Assembly (NCBI RefSeq): GCF_001194135.2
Contig: NC_068982.1
Span: 190,312,122-190,367,103, forward strand
Source: Octopus bimaculoides
Lineage: Eukaryota
Reading direction: 5' to 3'
Length of the DNA: 54,982 nucleotides
Shown here: positions 1 through 11,959 of the stretch, piece after piece
Layout of the letters: every line of letters begins with the position of its first letter
How positions within the stretch are numbered: the stretch's first letter is position 1
The notes under the pieces: model-generated
What the model saw: only the letters and a program-made list of their open reading frames with translations
The model's database searches: none
Told to the model about the DNA's origin: nothing
Translations under genes and position numbers: made by a program

Positions 1-35
1 AGATAGATAGATGGATGGATAGATGGATGGATGGA

Positions 36-71
<36 letters not shown>

Positions 72-113
72 AAATATCTATCTATCCATCCATCCATCCA
101 TCCATCTACCTAC

Positions 114-178
<65 letters not shown>

Positions 179-215
179 CATCTATCTATCTATCTATCTA
201 TCTATCCATCTATCC

Positions 216-258
<43 letters not shown>

Positions 259-262
259 GGTC
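1..262. repeat. Head-to-head (AGAT)n / (ATCT)n tetranucleotide microsatellites
   Basis: AGAT/GGAT/AGAC units at 1-70, then the complementary ATCT/ATCC units at ~76-258. Confidence 0.95.
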
Positions 263-886
263 AGTCTGTGTTTTTCTGTGTCTGTGTATCTATCACTGTG
301 CGTACGTATATATGTATGCACACAAGAACTCACATACAGGTGCGTGTAGGTGAGAGTGTGTGTCAGTGTGTGTGTGTGTATGTGCTAGGGTGTTTGTGTG
401 TGTGTGTGTGTGTGTAGGACTAAAGCACCGGAAACGATTGAAAAAGCGTCTGATTGAAACGTCTTGGAGAAGAAAGAATGAGGGGAAAAGGAGGTTAATG
501 GTTTGTAGTTCTCTTGTTCCTCCCACCAATAAACATATCGCAGACATTTGCATAGATTTCTGCCAATTCCTTGCTCTTCAGATGCCACTTAGTATCAGAG
601 AGATTGCCAGCTCTTTGTTCCGTTGTGTATGGCAAGCTTTTACAACCTGGATGCTTCAAGTGTTCTCAAACCAATGCCTCACCTCATCCGATTACTACTG
701 CTGCTGCTGCTGCTGCTGCTCATTTTTTCCTCCTTTCCCCCTTTTCTCCTCCTTCTCCTCCTTCCTCCTCCTTGTTTTCTGAAGAAAAAGGAAATTAGAG
801 CAACAACAACAACAACTGTAATTATGGTATGCCACCCTTTACATTCCTGGAGTCGAAGAAAGAGGAGGAAAAGAGGGAGGAGGAAA

Positions 887-981
887 AGAAGAAGAAGAAG
901 AAGAAGAAGAAGAAGAAGAAGAAGAAGAAGAAGAAGAAGAAGAAGAAGAAGAAGAAGAAGAAGAAGAAGAAGAAGAAGAAG
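887..981 (+). repeat. (AAG)n microsatellite
   Basis: About 30 pure AAG units; source of the poly-K/R/E/F ORFs. Confidence 0.97.
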
Positions 982-1093
982 GATGTAACGGGCGGAATGT
1001 TAAATATAATTACTGTGGTTCTTGTAATTTTAGTTTCTCCTTCGAAGAATCTGAAGAATAAAAAGAATATCTCAGAATATCTCGCAAACAACG

Positions 1094-1152
<59 letters not shown>

Positions 1153-1678
1153 GTGCCCCGATGCAGCACCAGGCAATGGCTCTCATAGCTTCTGATCTTA
1201 ACAGATTGGAAGTGTTATCATGTACATTGCTTTGTCTTGGTATCAAAGATGGGCTACAGCAAATACTCTGCTTGATACCACAGATTTGCTTGTCAGTTGT
1301 TTGACCTTAACCAGTTGAGCATGTCCCTTGGTGGCTGACGATATGTGCATCTCTGATCACGAGCAGAAGTAGTGGGGGAGCAATCATGGCCATGTGTTGA
1401 GAGGAATTCTTTGGGGTTTTGATATTTCACCTCTGGAAACATGGGTGTATCGTTCATCATTCTTAAACAAACCTTATTCAGGGACCTTCTGAGCGGGATG
1501 GGCTACTCGACCTGAAGAAAATTCTAACTGGGTCCCACCTGCGAGGTCATGCGCTGTTTATCTTGATATGAGATCACCATGTCGTGCACATTATCAGACT
1601 GGTAGTCATGATGGGTATGCTGGGCTTCGTATATTTTACCCCAGTGTCACTTTGATGGCATGCACTGCTCTCTCGCTC
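1153..1678 (+). mobile_element. ~530-bp noncoding interspersed element, copy 1, embedded in (TAA)n
   Basis: Homologous to 26205-26715 (+) and 35955-36440 (-). Flanked by (TAA)n at 1096-1152 and 1679-1740. No credible ORF. Confidence 0.85.
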
Positions 1679-1740
<62 letters not shown>

Positions 1741-1741
<1 letters not shown>

Positions 1742-1954
1742 CCTTTCTATTATAAGCACAAGGCCTGGAATTTGTGGAAAGGAGGATAGTCGATTACATC
1801 GACCCCAGTAGTCAACTGGCACTTGACTTATCGACCCGAAAGGATGAAAGGTAAAGTCGATGTCGGCGGAATTTGAACTCAGAACGTAGCGAAGGGTGAA
1901 TTACCGCTAAGCATTTCGCCCGGCGTACTAAACACTCTGCCAGCTCGTCGCCTT
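1741..1954 (-). mobile_element. tRNA-derived SINE family A (CORE-like), (ATT)n tail
   Basis: Reverse complement reads GGCGACGAGCTGGCAGAG...GTTCTGAGTTCAAATTCC (B-box-like)...TTTCATCCTTTCGGGTCGATAAGTCAAGTGCC. Same family recurs at 9.9, 10.6, 32.4, 40.6 and 48.7 kb. Confidence 0.85.
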
Positions 1955-2048
1955 AGCACAAATAATAATAATAATAATAATAATAATAATTATAATAATT
2001 ATAATAATAATAACGATAATAATAATAACGATAATAATAATAATGAAT

Positions 2049-2232
2049 GAGAAGTACATGGAACAAATAGGGGCTGCAATAAGGGTGGAGCACTTGCAGA
2101 AAACAGCACTTCTTGGAACCGCTCGAATACTTTGGAAGGTGCTCGTAAATTAAGGGGTGTTACCTTAATTCACTGGTAGTGAACAGCTGACACTGTAGTA
2201 CATCTCCAGCGTTAGAAGCTGTGCAAAGGCAA
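2049..2232 (+). mobile_element. 5'-truncated R4/Dong-clade LINE 3' end inserted in (TAA)n
   Basis: Nearly identical to 26965-27148. Encodes EKYMEQIGAAIRVEHLQKTALLGTARILWKVL (end of the restriction-like endonuclease, RLE). (TAA)n on both sides. Confidence 0.88.
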
Positions 2233-4015
2233 TGGTAATAATAATAATAATAATAATGATAATAATAATAATAATGATAATAATAATAATGTTTTCTTGT
2301 AAGAAATGACTAAATAAACGAGAAAAGAAATAAAAGATTAAAAAATGGAGGGGAGGAAAAGAGAATGGAAAACTATGAAAAGAAAATAAGAAGAAAGAAA
2401 ATAAAAAAGATGAAAGAAAGAAAGAAAGAAAGAAAGAAGGAAAAGAAAAGAAAGAAAGGAAGAAAGGGAATTTTGCTTCTTTCGATATTTATTCAATTAT
2501 AAAAAGAAGCAACATTTTTAAAGAATTTCTTTTCGATAATTTTGTAAACTGAATTTAATTTGGTAATTAATCATGCCTCTTCTCTTGAAGAAGATTTTTA
2601 GAGAATATTGCCACGTCTTTTGGAAATAACAACCAGAATTGGAACAAGAGCGTTTTTAGGATGAGCAGTGAGGAAGAATAGAAATTGCCGAGGAGAAGCA
2701 TTTACCATTTTCAGAAAACAAATTATAGCATATTTATTTATTTATTTATTGCTGTAGAATTTTATTGATTGATTACTGATCTGTCTATTTATTGATCTAT
2801 CTATTTTTAATTAGTGTTAGGAAGTAATATTTTGCTACCGTGGGTCATATCGGGAAATATGCCATACATACAAGAATTACAATTTAATTTTCCTTAAATC
2901 TCTCGGTTTTTATACAAAACGATGAAATGAATGCTAACTTTCAAAAGAAAATATTTTTTACCTGAAAATAAAATTTCAATACTTTCTCTTTTGTGCAACT
3001 CCTTCCATACTCAATCGTTTACTCTCGTTCCTCCTCTTCTGACACTACGACTTTTTTTCTTTCTCACTGTGTGTATGTAACATTCACTTACTCATTGCCT
3101 GCCACCGAACCTAGTATGTGCACTCATCCTGCACCTCATGTTAACTTTTTCTTCTCTCACTTTTACTAGCTCTCACCTCTCTACACAATGGGAATCATAA
3201 CTGGAAAACCAACCAATCAACCAACCAACCAACAATATTTGTATCGACTATTATCAGAGTGATTCTTTTATCTATTTATTCATACATTTACTCCAAGTCT
3301 TAAATTAATTATCTGAGATGAGCTATTGTTAACAAGGTTATAATGAAGAAACCTTTTCATAGTTGAAAAATAAGATTAATGGACCATTACAATTACAATC
3401 CTATTCTTAAACTAAATTTATGTTTCGAGACACCAATGAGTCCGTTGTTCCTAGTTAAAAGTACTCTTCCCTCTTTGAGCTTTCTAAAGTCTCCTTACCA
3501 TGTTGCGCGGAGGTCTTAATTCACCTCCCACACCAATAATTCGAATGATTTTAGCTTGTTTTGCTGTATCTCGGATGGGTCATTATACCAATAATAAACA
3601 CACGCACCAGTTCTACTTCACTTCTTATTATTCGTGAATTGGTTAACTAGTTCACCGATTGACTGACTAATCGGTTCTTTGATTCATGCAGATCATCAAT
3701 CAGCCAGTTATTTTTGTCAAAGCCTTTTCATTGCCATTCGGAACCTCTTCAATGACATGACCTCTCTCTTCCAGGTCAACCTCAGACCTGTTTGTCTCTT
3801 AGTTTTTAAGCCCTATATTTATGTAGTTGTATAGGCATGAATAGGAATGTACGTGAGAGGTGAAGGGAGAGAAAAGAGAGAAGGAGAGAGAGAGTGTGTG
3901 TGTGCACGTGTGTATGTGTATGTATGAGCTCATACATTTGTGTGTGTGTGTGTGTGTGTGTGTGTGGATGCGTGTATGGATGATTCTGTTATCAAGGCTT
4001 TATAAAGCTTGTGAA

Positions 4016-4335
4016 GGCTCGTGGCTTAGTGGTTAGCGTATTTGGTTCACGACCGTAAGATCGTCAGTTCGATTCCTGAAGGCGCGTTGTGCCTTGAGCA
4101 AGACACTTTATTTCACTCTGCTCCAGTCTATTCACCTGGCAAATATGAGTTGTACCTGTAATTCAAAGGGGCCAGCCTTATGTCATTCTGCGTCAATGTG
4201 AATCTCCTTGAGAACTACGTTAAGGTTGTGTGTGTCTGTGGAGTGCTCAGCCACTTTCACGCTAATGCCACGAGCAGGTTGTTCCATTGAACGGATCAAT
4301 TACAACACTTGTCGTGATAACCGACGAAGAACCAG
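4016..4335 (+). mobile_element. tRNA-derived SINE family B, near full length
   Basis: A-box GTGGCTTAGTGGTTAG, B-box AGTTCGATTCC, then TTGAGCAAGACACTTTATTTCAC...ATGAGTTGTACC. Multiple copies in the window. Confidence 0.85.
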
Positions 4336-4705
4336 TTAGTTATATAAAACTCGTAAAGGGGGTGGGGAGGAGGTAGTTTATTCCAAATCTGGGGCGTGAC
4401 CCCATTGCTTGCAACAGATGTGGAATCCCTTAAGGGATTTCAAGGCCCAGGTGTTGATATTAAACCGCGAAACAGTTTAAGGTCATCACTCAACAATTCA
4501 GAACGAAAACAATGTCCTCTGATCTCACTGGAATTACTACTTTCTTTGATTTTTTTTTTTGAAAGACTAAAAGGATCTGCGACGATTTGAACCCAGAACC
4601 TAGAGAAACGGAACAAATACCGTGACACATCTTGTCGCACGTATTAAGTACTCGACCATTTCATTGTACTGGTGAATAACACACACACACATCAACCGCC
4701 GCAAC

Positions 4706-4720
4706 TGACTACTACTGCGA

Positions 4721-4788
<68 letters not shown>

Positions 4789-4841
4789 GCTGCTGCTACT
4801 ACTACATCAGTATCTTTGTTTACACCATGTTGTAATCGTCG

Positions 4842-4876
<35 letters not shown>

Positions 4877-4940
4877 CTTCTTCTTCTTCTTCTTCTTCTT
4901 CTTCTTCTTCTTCTTCTTCTTCTTCTTCTTCTTCTTCTTC
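4706..4940. repeat. Compound trinucleotide microsatellite (CTA)n(CTG)n...(GTT)n(CTT)n
   Basis: Direct reading. Confidence 0.95.
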
Positions 4941-5799
4941 TTTCCTTTTCTGGAACTTACATACAAAACTTAAACTTTTCTGATTTGTAAATTCGTGGGA
5001 AAACTGAAATCTGACATTTTTTTCCATGCAGCCTTCGAATGGCTCAGAAAATAATGGTAAAAGGTAGAATCATATCAACGGATGTTTACTGTTAACGCCA
5101 TCGCTACGCTTTCCACCCAAAGCACTGTTCACTACGATAATCATTTTTTTTCGACGTCCCAGTTGTGACCAACCTGCATTGTTCATATACAATGTATCCT
5201 GGATCACATTATTCAATGTGACAATTTTTAGATGGTAGACCGAGTATATCTTTGGTGAGGTGGCGAAACTCAGTACTTTTGCTTTCCAAATATCCTGTAT
5301 CGAATTGTTTTTATTTTAGGGGTGGGGTAGTTCTCAGTACAGCTTACTCAGCGTATATATAAATATGTGCTATCACTGGATCTTTTGCGCCACTGAAAGA
5401 CGCCTTGCCTCTATTAGACCTCAAATTGGTCGAGTAATCAATAGACGTACATCTCTTTCAATGTGCCAACATGCTTCTGCCTGGGCACATATATGCATTG
5501 CCCACCATATTACGCACACTAACAGTGAATCTTTTTTGCTTTATATTTTTATACTTTTATTTCTTTCACGTCCCATGTTTTTGATACATCTTCATTTGTC
5601 GGTTACACTGTGTAAATGTTTTCTACATTCACACAAAATAACATTTCCAATATCGTTCGATCTCTGTAGCTTTCTCACTAGAAGTGGGGTAGTGTAAAAA
5701 TTAACACTTCCTTCTCCAAGCTTAGATTTGAAACCGAATCTTAGGATTCTCGTCGCCCAAACCACCACGATCAACAGGCGCGAAAAAAGGTTTCCTTTG

Positions 5800-7330
5800 T
5801 CCTGTCAAAAAATGATAAATCATCTCCCTTTGACCTACGACCTCAGCCATGTCAGGCGAAGTTCAAATGGACAGGAGCTGACCTATTTAGGCACAATCTC
5901 TGCTGCTATATGTCTGTCCTTCTAGCTGCCGCAGTGGTTATAAAATGCCGTGGTCTCTACAGAGATGATGCCCTGGTCATCTCTTGAGGAGCAAACGGGC
6001 ATACCTTGGATAGGATTAGGAAAGATCTAATTAGCACCCTTGGCTCCATGGGACTGAAAATTAATATCGCAACCAATCTCACCCCCGCGGACGTCTTAGA
6101 CATCACGACCGACTTGTGCTCCGGTACATACAGGCCCTACCACAAGCCAAATGAGAGGCTGACGTCCATCAACACAGCCTCGTGTCACACTCCCATCGTG
6201 TTCAAAAACCTGGTGAAACAAGAGGATCACGAACCTTTCTTCTGGCCAAGAGATTTTTGATGCGACAGCCCCATACTATAACAAGGCACTAGCTGCTAGC
6301 GGGTTTAGGGACTGCATCTCCTCCATTTCGGGCCTAACACCCGTCGCAGAAATACCATTTGGTTTGTTTCTTGTTTCTCCCTCAACGTAAATGCGTGTGT
6401 GTGTAGGATATTCCTTAGGCTAGTAGATAAACTCTTCACATAATCACATAGGTATGGACACATTTTCAACAAACACAACCTAAGAGTCTCTTTTAGCTGC
6501 ACCCCTAATATTAAGAGCATTCAAGTTAACACCCCTAGGCCACGAGCAGAGGTGGCATGCTCGTTCAGGGACTACAACTGATGCCCAGTGAGAGACCATT
6601 GCGAAATCAAGGGAGTCGTCTATGAAGCTGAGTTGGTAGCCGACCCGAGTAGTAGCAGCAACAACAGAAGCTTTGCCAACGACTACTACAGTAGCAGAGG
6701 AATAACAGTATCAATAGCAACATCAGAAAACCGAACAGAAATAGCAAAAGCACCGTTGCCAGCGATATCAACAACATAAACGACAGCAACGGCAGAATCC
6801 CGAACAGAAATAGCAGAAGAACATTCACCGAGGTTAGCAATAACAGCAGCGATAGTATCACTCACCACGATGGCGCCGATAACAGTTCCAACAACACCAT
6901 TGAAGATAGCCATAGCGCCAACAGCGCCAGCAGCGCCACCACTGATGATGTGCCCTACGCCAGTATTAAGGGCACCAACGCCAGCATCAACACCAACACC
7001 AACACCAACGCCAACAACACCAACAGAAACAGCATCGCCGATACCCGCACACGGAGATTCATCGGATGTTCCGGTAACACGTTCAGACAGCGGCTCTCCA
7101 ACCACAGATCCTCTTTCAGGATCCCGGAAAGGAGACACGTTACCTCTTTAGCCAGCCATATATGGCGGCTGAAGGAAGACGGAATTCCACACGTAATATG
7201 ATGGAACATCCTTAACTCCAGGACAGATGTCTTCCGACACCCTGCTTGCACTTCAGGAAATTCCTGCAGGCGTCCTGAGATCCACACAGGGTCAATTACA
7301 ATCAAGATTCAAAGGGAGACAATCCATTGT
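5800..7330 (+). pseudogene. Decayed Naiad-type Penelope-like element: RT C-terminal half, linker and GIY-YIG endonuclease
   Basis: Across frameshifts: GLYRDDAL (RT YxDD), DRIRKDLI..LGLKI..LDIT.DL..GTYRPYHKPN, RRRNTIWF..RIFLRLVDK..HIFNKHNLRVSFSCTPNIKSI, CSFRDYN*CPVRDHCEIKGVVYEAEL, RFIGCSGNTFRQRLSNHRSSF..TSLASHIWRLK. Matches the Naiad-type PLE motif order as I recall it. Confidence 0.88.
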
Positions 7331-7484
7331 TGTTGACAGAGTAACGAAGTCTTTTCCTCCTCTATTTCTTAGAGAGGCCATTTGCTAGAGAGACCACAGG
7401 CCAATAGGTTTAGGGTCAGAAGAAATGCTGTAAAGCTAAGTACCTTATGGAAGTGAAACCGAAGGTAACATCATAGATCGGCTA

Positions 7485-7486
<2 letters not shown>

Positions 7487-7576
<90 letters not shown>
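7487..7576. repeat. (TATC)n microsatellite
   Basis: Direct reading. Confidence 0.97.
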
Positions 7577-7654
7577 AGTGCATAAGTAACTGAGATCACA
7601 AAATTCTTTCATGGACGGAACGCCAATTCGTTACAAAGTTACTCATTTAACAGC

Positions 7655-7772
7655 AGATCAAGGTAAAATGAAATCTCTTGCTCAGGAACACAACACATTG
7701 CTCGGTTTGGGAATCGAAACCACAATTTTGTGATCATGAGTACAACACCTTAAGCACTAGACCACGCTCCCT
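7655..7772 (-). mobile_element. SINE family B head fragment
   Basis: CTTGCTCAGGAACACAAC...GGGAATCGAAACC...AGCACTAGACCACGC is the reverse complement of the 4016 head. Confidence 0.7.
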
Positions 7773-9731
7773 CACAATTCACTTTGGAAATTTGGTTGAA
7801 ACAACAGCAACACATTCCGATGTCAGACGCTGCCACAATTCTTCGCAGTTTTTGCTGACATGAAGAATAATTTATTGAACAACGCTTTACAAGCAAATAT
7901 GTGTGGTTGTGTGTATGTGTGTGTGTGTGTGTGTGAACGTGGGTACACATATACCTACATGCACTAGACAGGTGTGTGGTATGGAGCTATGCCTCTTGAC
8001 GTCTTGATTTCGAATCTTAACAAGCTCAACTTTTCATCCTTCCGGTGTTGATAGAACCGAGTCTCAGAAATACAGGAGTCGATAGAATCGATTATTCCCC
8101 CCACCCCCCACCCCAAAAGGTGATGCTTTATCACTGAGTTAGAAATCAATACATAATGAAACGCACACGGAGTAGGTCTTCGTTTTAGCCATTTTATTTC
8201 TTCGGCAAATACTTTATGCATCAATTTCTTTAATACTCTTGTTTGTGTGTCTGTTTTATTATCTTGAGTAATTTTCCAATGTTTTTGTTGCCGATTTCAC
8301 TAGCTTTGACTCAGCTATATTTGCGTCAATCCTAATTTAAATTTGTTGACTAATTCAAAAATATATTAAAAAGAAACACTACATTAGAAATAAAGCTGTG
8401 ACGTAATCTCTTACGTCACTGCATTTTAAAATTACGACCTGAAAGGAAGTGACTAACGAGAATAAAAGATGAATAAATGCAAAGATTAAAGCCGAACGAT
8501 CGTAATTATAATAACAAAATCGTAATAAAATTGGAGAAAATATAAAATTAAAGAAAAAAAAAAGAAAATGGTTTAGAACAAAAAAATCTAACGAAAAATT
8601 ATAAAACGACATTTATACATTTTCTTCGTTTTTTAAAAATTTCTGATAGTTTGGCAACACGTTGCGATATATACATACATGCACTATTAAGTATATAACA
8701 TGTGTTTATCTGTGTGTTCATATATATATATATATANNNNNNNNNNNNNNNNNNNNNNNNNNNNNNNNNNNNNNNNNNNNNNNNNNNNNNNNNNNNNNNN
8801 NNNNNNNNNNNNNNNNNNNNNNNNNNNNNNNNNNNNNNNNNNNNNNNNNNNNNNNNNNNNNNNNNNNNNNNNNNNNNNNNNNNNNNNNNNNNNNNNNNNN
8901 NNNNNNNNNNNNNNNNNNNNNNNNNNNNNNNNNNNNNNNNNNNNNNNNNNNNNNNNNNNNNNNNNNNNNNNNNNNNNNNNNNNNNNNNNNNNNNNNNNNN
9001 NNNNNNNNNNNNNNNNNNNNNNNNNNNNNNNNNNNNNNNNNNNNNNNNNNNNNNNNNNNNNNNNNNNNNNNNNNNNNNNNNNNNNNNNNNNNNNNNNNNN
9101 NNNNNNNNNNNNNNNNNNNNNNNNNNNNNNNNNNNNNNNNNNNNNNNNNNNNNNNNNNNNNNNNNNNNNNNNNACACACATACATGCGTGCATACATACA
9201 TTGCATAAATACACACACACATACATACATACATACACACTTACATACACCCATGCACACACATACATACATACACACATACACACATACATACATACAC
9301 ACGTACATATACACACACATACGTACATACATACATACATACATACATACATACATACATACATACACAGGGCTCCAGTATTAAGAATTTGTATAGATAT
9401 ATTTTATATAAACATATTCTATATTGGAAAGCTTAGAAGTCTCATTAAAATGGTAAATTGGATGCATGCAGGATAAACATAAATAGATATATAGAGGATA
9501 TATATGGATAAATGTATATTTATATCCGGAATTATAATTGTTTTTCAGTCGTATTTTAATTGCGTGCTTTTACTGTGCATCAGAGTACAGCTGTGTTGTC
9601 ACTTCGCTACCTGTTTTGGGTTGGTGTTCGGTCGTGTTGCTTCCGTTGCGTTGAGACGAAGCAGTGGTGCCTAGTAGTGCTGGTCTAGTAAGCTGTGTGT
9701 GTGTGTGTGTGTGTGTGTGTGNNNNNNNNNN

Positions 9732-9765
<34 letters not shown>

Positions 9766-9869
9766 AAGTTCTGGTATTTGGATAATCTATTTCACCACAA
9801 TGATTCTTTCTAATTCTCGAATAAGGCCGGTAATTGTTTGAGGGGAGGGGCCAGCCATTTATATTCAAC

Positions 9870-10030
9870 CACCACCCCTTCCCCAGTGTTCAACGGGTAC
9901 TTCATTCAATTGATCGACTCCAAAAGGATGAAAGGCAAAGTCGGCTTCGGTGGAATTTGAACTCAGAACGTAAAGTGCCGAAAGAAAAACTGTTACGTAT
10001 TTCATCCGGCCCGGCACCTTAATTTCACCA
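9870..10030 (-). mobile_element. Degenerate SINE family A
   Basis: GGATGAAAGGCAAAGTCGGCTTCGGTGGAATTTGAACTCAGAACGTAA. Confidence 0.75.
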
Positions 10031-10598
10031 GAATAATGGCGACAATCAGCTACAAGAAAGTTCCCAATGAAGTACTCCTCCCCATTAGACAATGCAGAAT
10101 TCACGCGCACACACACACANNNNNNNNNNNNNNNNNNNNNNNNNNNNNNNNNNNNNNNNNNNNNNNNNNNNNNNNNNNNNNNNNNNNNNNNNNNNNNNNN
10201 NNNNNNNNNNNNNNNNNNNNNNNNNNNNNNNNNNNNNNNNNNNNNNNNNNNNNNNNNNNNNNNNNNNNNNNNNNNNNNNNNNNNNNNNNNNNNNNNNNNN
10301 NNNNNNNNNNNNNNNNNNNNNNNNNNNNNNNNNNNNNNNNNNNNNNNNNNNNNNNNNNNNNNNNNNNNNNNNNNNNNNNNNNNNNNNNNNNNNNNNNNNN
10401 NNNNNNNNNNNNNNNNNNNNNNNNNNNNNNNNNNNNNNNNNNNNNNNNNNNNNNNNNNNNNNNNNNNNNNNNNNNNNNNNNNNNNNNNNNNNNNNNNNNN
10501 NNNNNNNNNNNNNNNNNNNNNNNNNNNNNNNNNNNNNNNNNNNNNNNNNNNNNNNNNNNNNNNNNNNNNNNNNNNNNNNNNNNNNNNNNNNNNNNNNN

Positions 10599-10800
10599 AA
10601 TGCTTAGTGGTGTTTCGTCTGCCGCTACGTTCTGAGTTCAAATTCCGCCAAGGTCGACTTTGCCTTTCATCCTTTCGGGGTCGATAAATTAAGTACCAGT
10701 TACGCACTGGGGTCGATATGATCGACTTAATCCGTTTGTCTGTCCTTGTTTGTCCCCTCTGTGTGTAGCCCCCCCCCTTGTGGGCAATAAAGGAATAAGA
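10599..10800 (+). mobile_element. SINE family A with the alternative Tx1-like tail
   Basis: GTTCTGAGTTCAAATTCCGCCAAGGTCGACTTTGCCTTTCATCC... ending TTTGTCTGTCCTTGTTTGTCCCCTCTGTGTGTAGCCCC...AATAAAGGAATAAG. The 5' end lies in a gap. Confidence 0.85.
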
Positions 10801-10802
10801 AA

Positions 10803-11068
10803 CTGAAAGAAGCCCGTCATATTTATATATATGTGTGTGTGTGTGTGTGTGTTTGTGTTTGTCCTCTCACCATCGCTTGACAACCGATGCTGGTGTGTTT
10901 ATGTCCCCCGTAACTTAATGGCTCGGCAAAAGAGACCGACAGAGTAAGTACTAGGCTTACAAAGAATAAGACTTGGGGTCGATTTGTTCGACTAAAAGCA
11001 GTGCTCCAGCATGGCTACGGTCAAATAACTGAAACCAATAAAAGAACAAAAGAAAAGAATAAAAGAAT
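10803..11068 (+). mobile_element. SINE family C, 3' portion
   Basis: GAAACTGAAAGAAGCCCGTC-(TG)n-CATCGCTTGACAACCGATGCTGGTGTG...GTGCTCCAGCATGGC...(AAAAGAAT) tail. Confidence 0.85.
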
Positions 11069-11072
11069 GGAC

Positions 11073-11328
11073 CATTGGTTCTCAACGCTTTTTTACCCAT
11101 GGACTCCTTGGACTTCTATTTTACTCCACTGGACCTCCAGAGCCATTCGTGGTATAAAAAAATCTTATTGGAGTTTTATAATTAAATGTTATTAGGAACT
11201 GCATACAAAAATTGTTGAAATATTTTCTACATTGTTAAAATATAACCAATTCATTGCACAAACCTTTTTGACAACAAAATCTGATATGGACCCCCAACAG
11301 TCATGTGGACCCCAGTTAAGAATCACTG
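11073..11328. mobile_element. hAT-like MITE
   Basis: Termini CATTGGTTCTCAAC / GTTAAGAATCACTG. Related to the 32065-32231 element. The 8-bp flanks match only 5/8. Confidence 0.55.
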
Positions 11329-11959
11329 AAAGTGACGAGCCAGTCGTGCCACCCACAAATATGGGCAGCAACTACGACCGACGAAATTGTGAGACGGACA
11401 ACAAGAAGAAAGTCCACAGCTGCCACAAAAGAATAGACCAATACAAGGCAGCGTGTCCGGGAAAATTTTCCATGAAAGATGTTTGTAAGGGAAAAAATTG
11501 ACGTTGGAAAATTCACATTGAGTCAAAATCGCCGAAGGACAAGGATAAAGTGTGTTATAGCGGCATTCTTCAAAATACCCCCCCCCCCAAAAAAAAATAA
11601 TGAATAAATAAAATCAGTGAAAGATGGTTTTATAAAAGCATTAGATTCTATGATTTAGAAGGCTGAGAAGGGTGACAATAATCACCGAATGTTTTACATA
11701 TTTCTAAGACGTTTTTCACTGTTTTTTTTATCTATTCGGTAAACATATTTCGAATTATTTTAGGAAGAATCTCAAGTCGAAGATGCCTAAGGGACAGTTA
11801 GAGAATTCTCAAGACAAACAATCCTTAAGTCTCGAATTACCAATACTTAATGACAAGGAAAAGTAGTTACGAGTAGCAGCATTTTTTCTGACGCCAACAA
11901 GCTTTTCTAGAAACGATTTGAGGAGTGGAAACGCTGCCGAAGAAAGACTTCAATAAGAA

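Noticed and set aside
435-467. Hammerhead-like TTGAAAA...GAAACGTC
   Set aside because: Stem II barely pairs and stem I is only about 3 bp, so it is too weak to call.
3440-3620. Possible RTE 3' remnant on the minus strand (and a similar hint at ~50500-50680 on +)
   Set aside because: Too degenerate to support by eye.
6579-7201. In-frame TGA codons (6579, 7199) as possible selenocysteine, since some Naiad PLEs encode selenoproteins
   Set aside because: Neither TGA aligns with a conserved Cys (6579 precedes the Cys; 7199 is at a K/R-type position). The copy is frameshifted and I saw no SECIS.
6607-7305. Pro/Thr-rich and Val/Ala-rich ORFs (6870-7151 +, 6686-7138 -, 6955-7305 -, 6607-6861 -) as mucin-like or membrane proteins
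   Set aside because: They are alternative frames of the low-complexity insert within the PLE endonuclease.
7436-7470. Half-hammerhead GAAAC-CGAAG-GTA-ACA downstream of the Naiad element
   Set aside because: The position fits, but the CUGANGA core and stem I are not recognisable.
11232-11526. Overlapping short ORFs, one with a hydrophobic GPCR-like stretch
   Set aside because: No diagnostic motif (for example DRY), no convincing splice sites, and the longest ORF starts inside a MITE.
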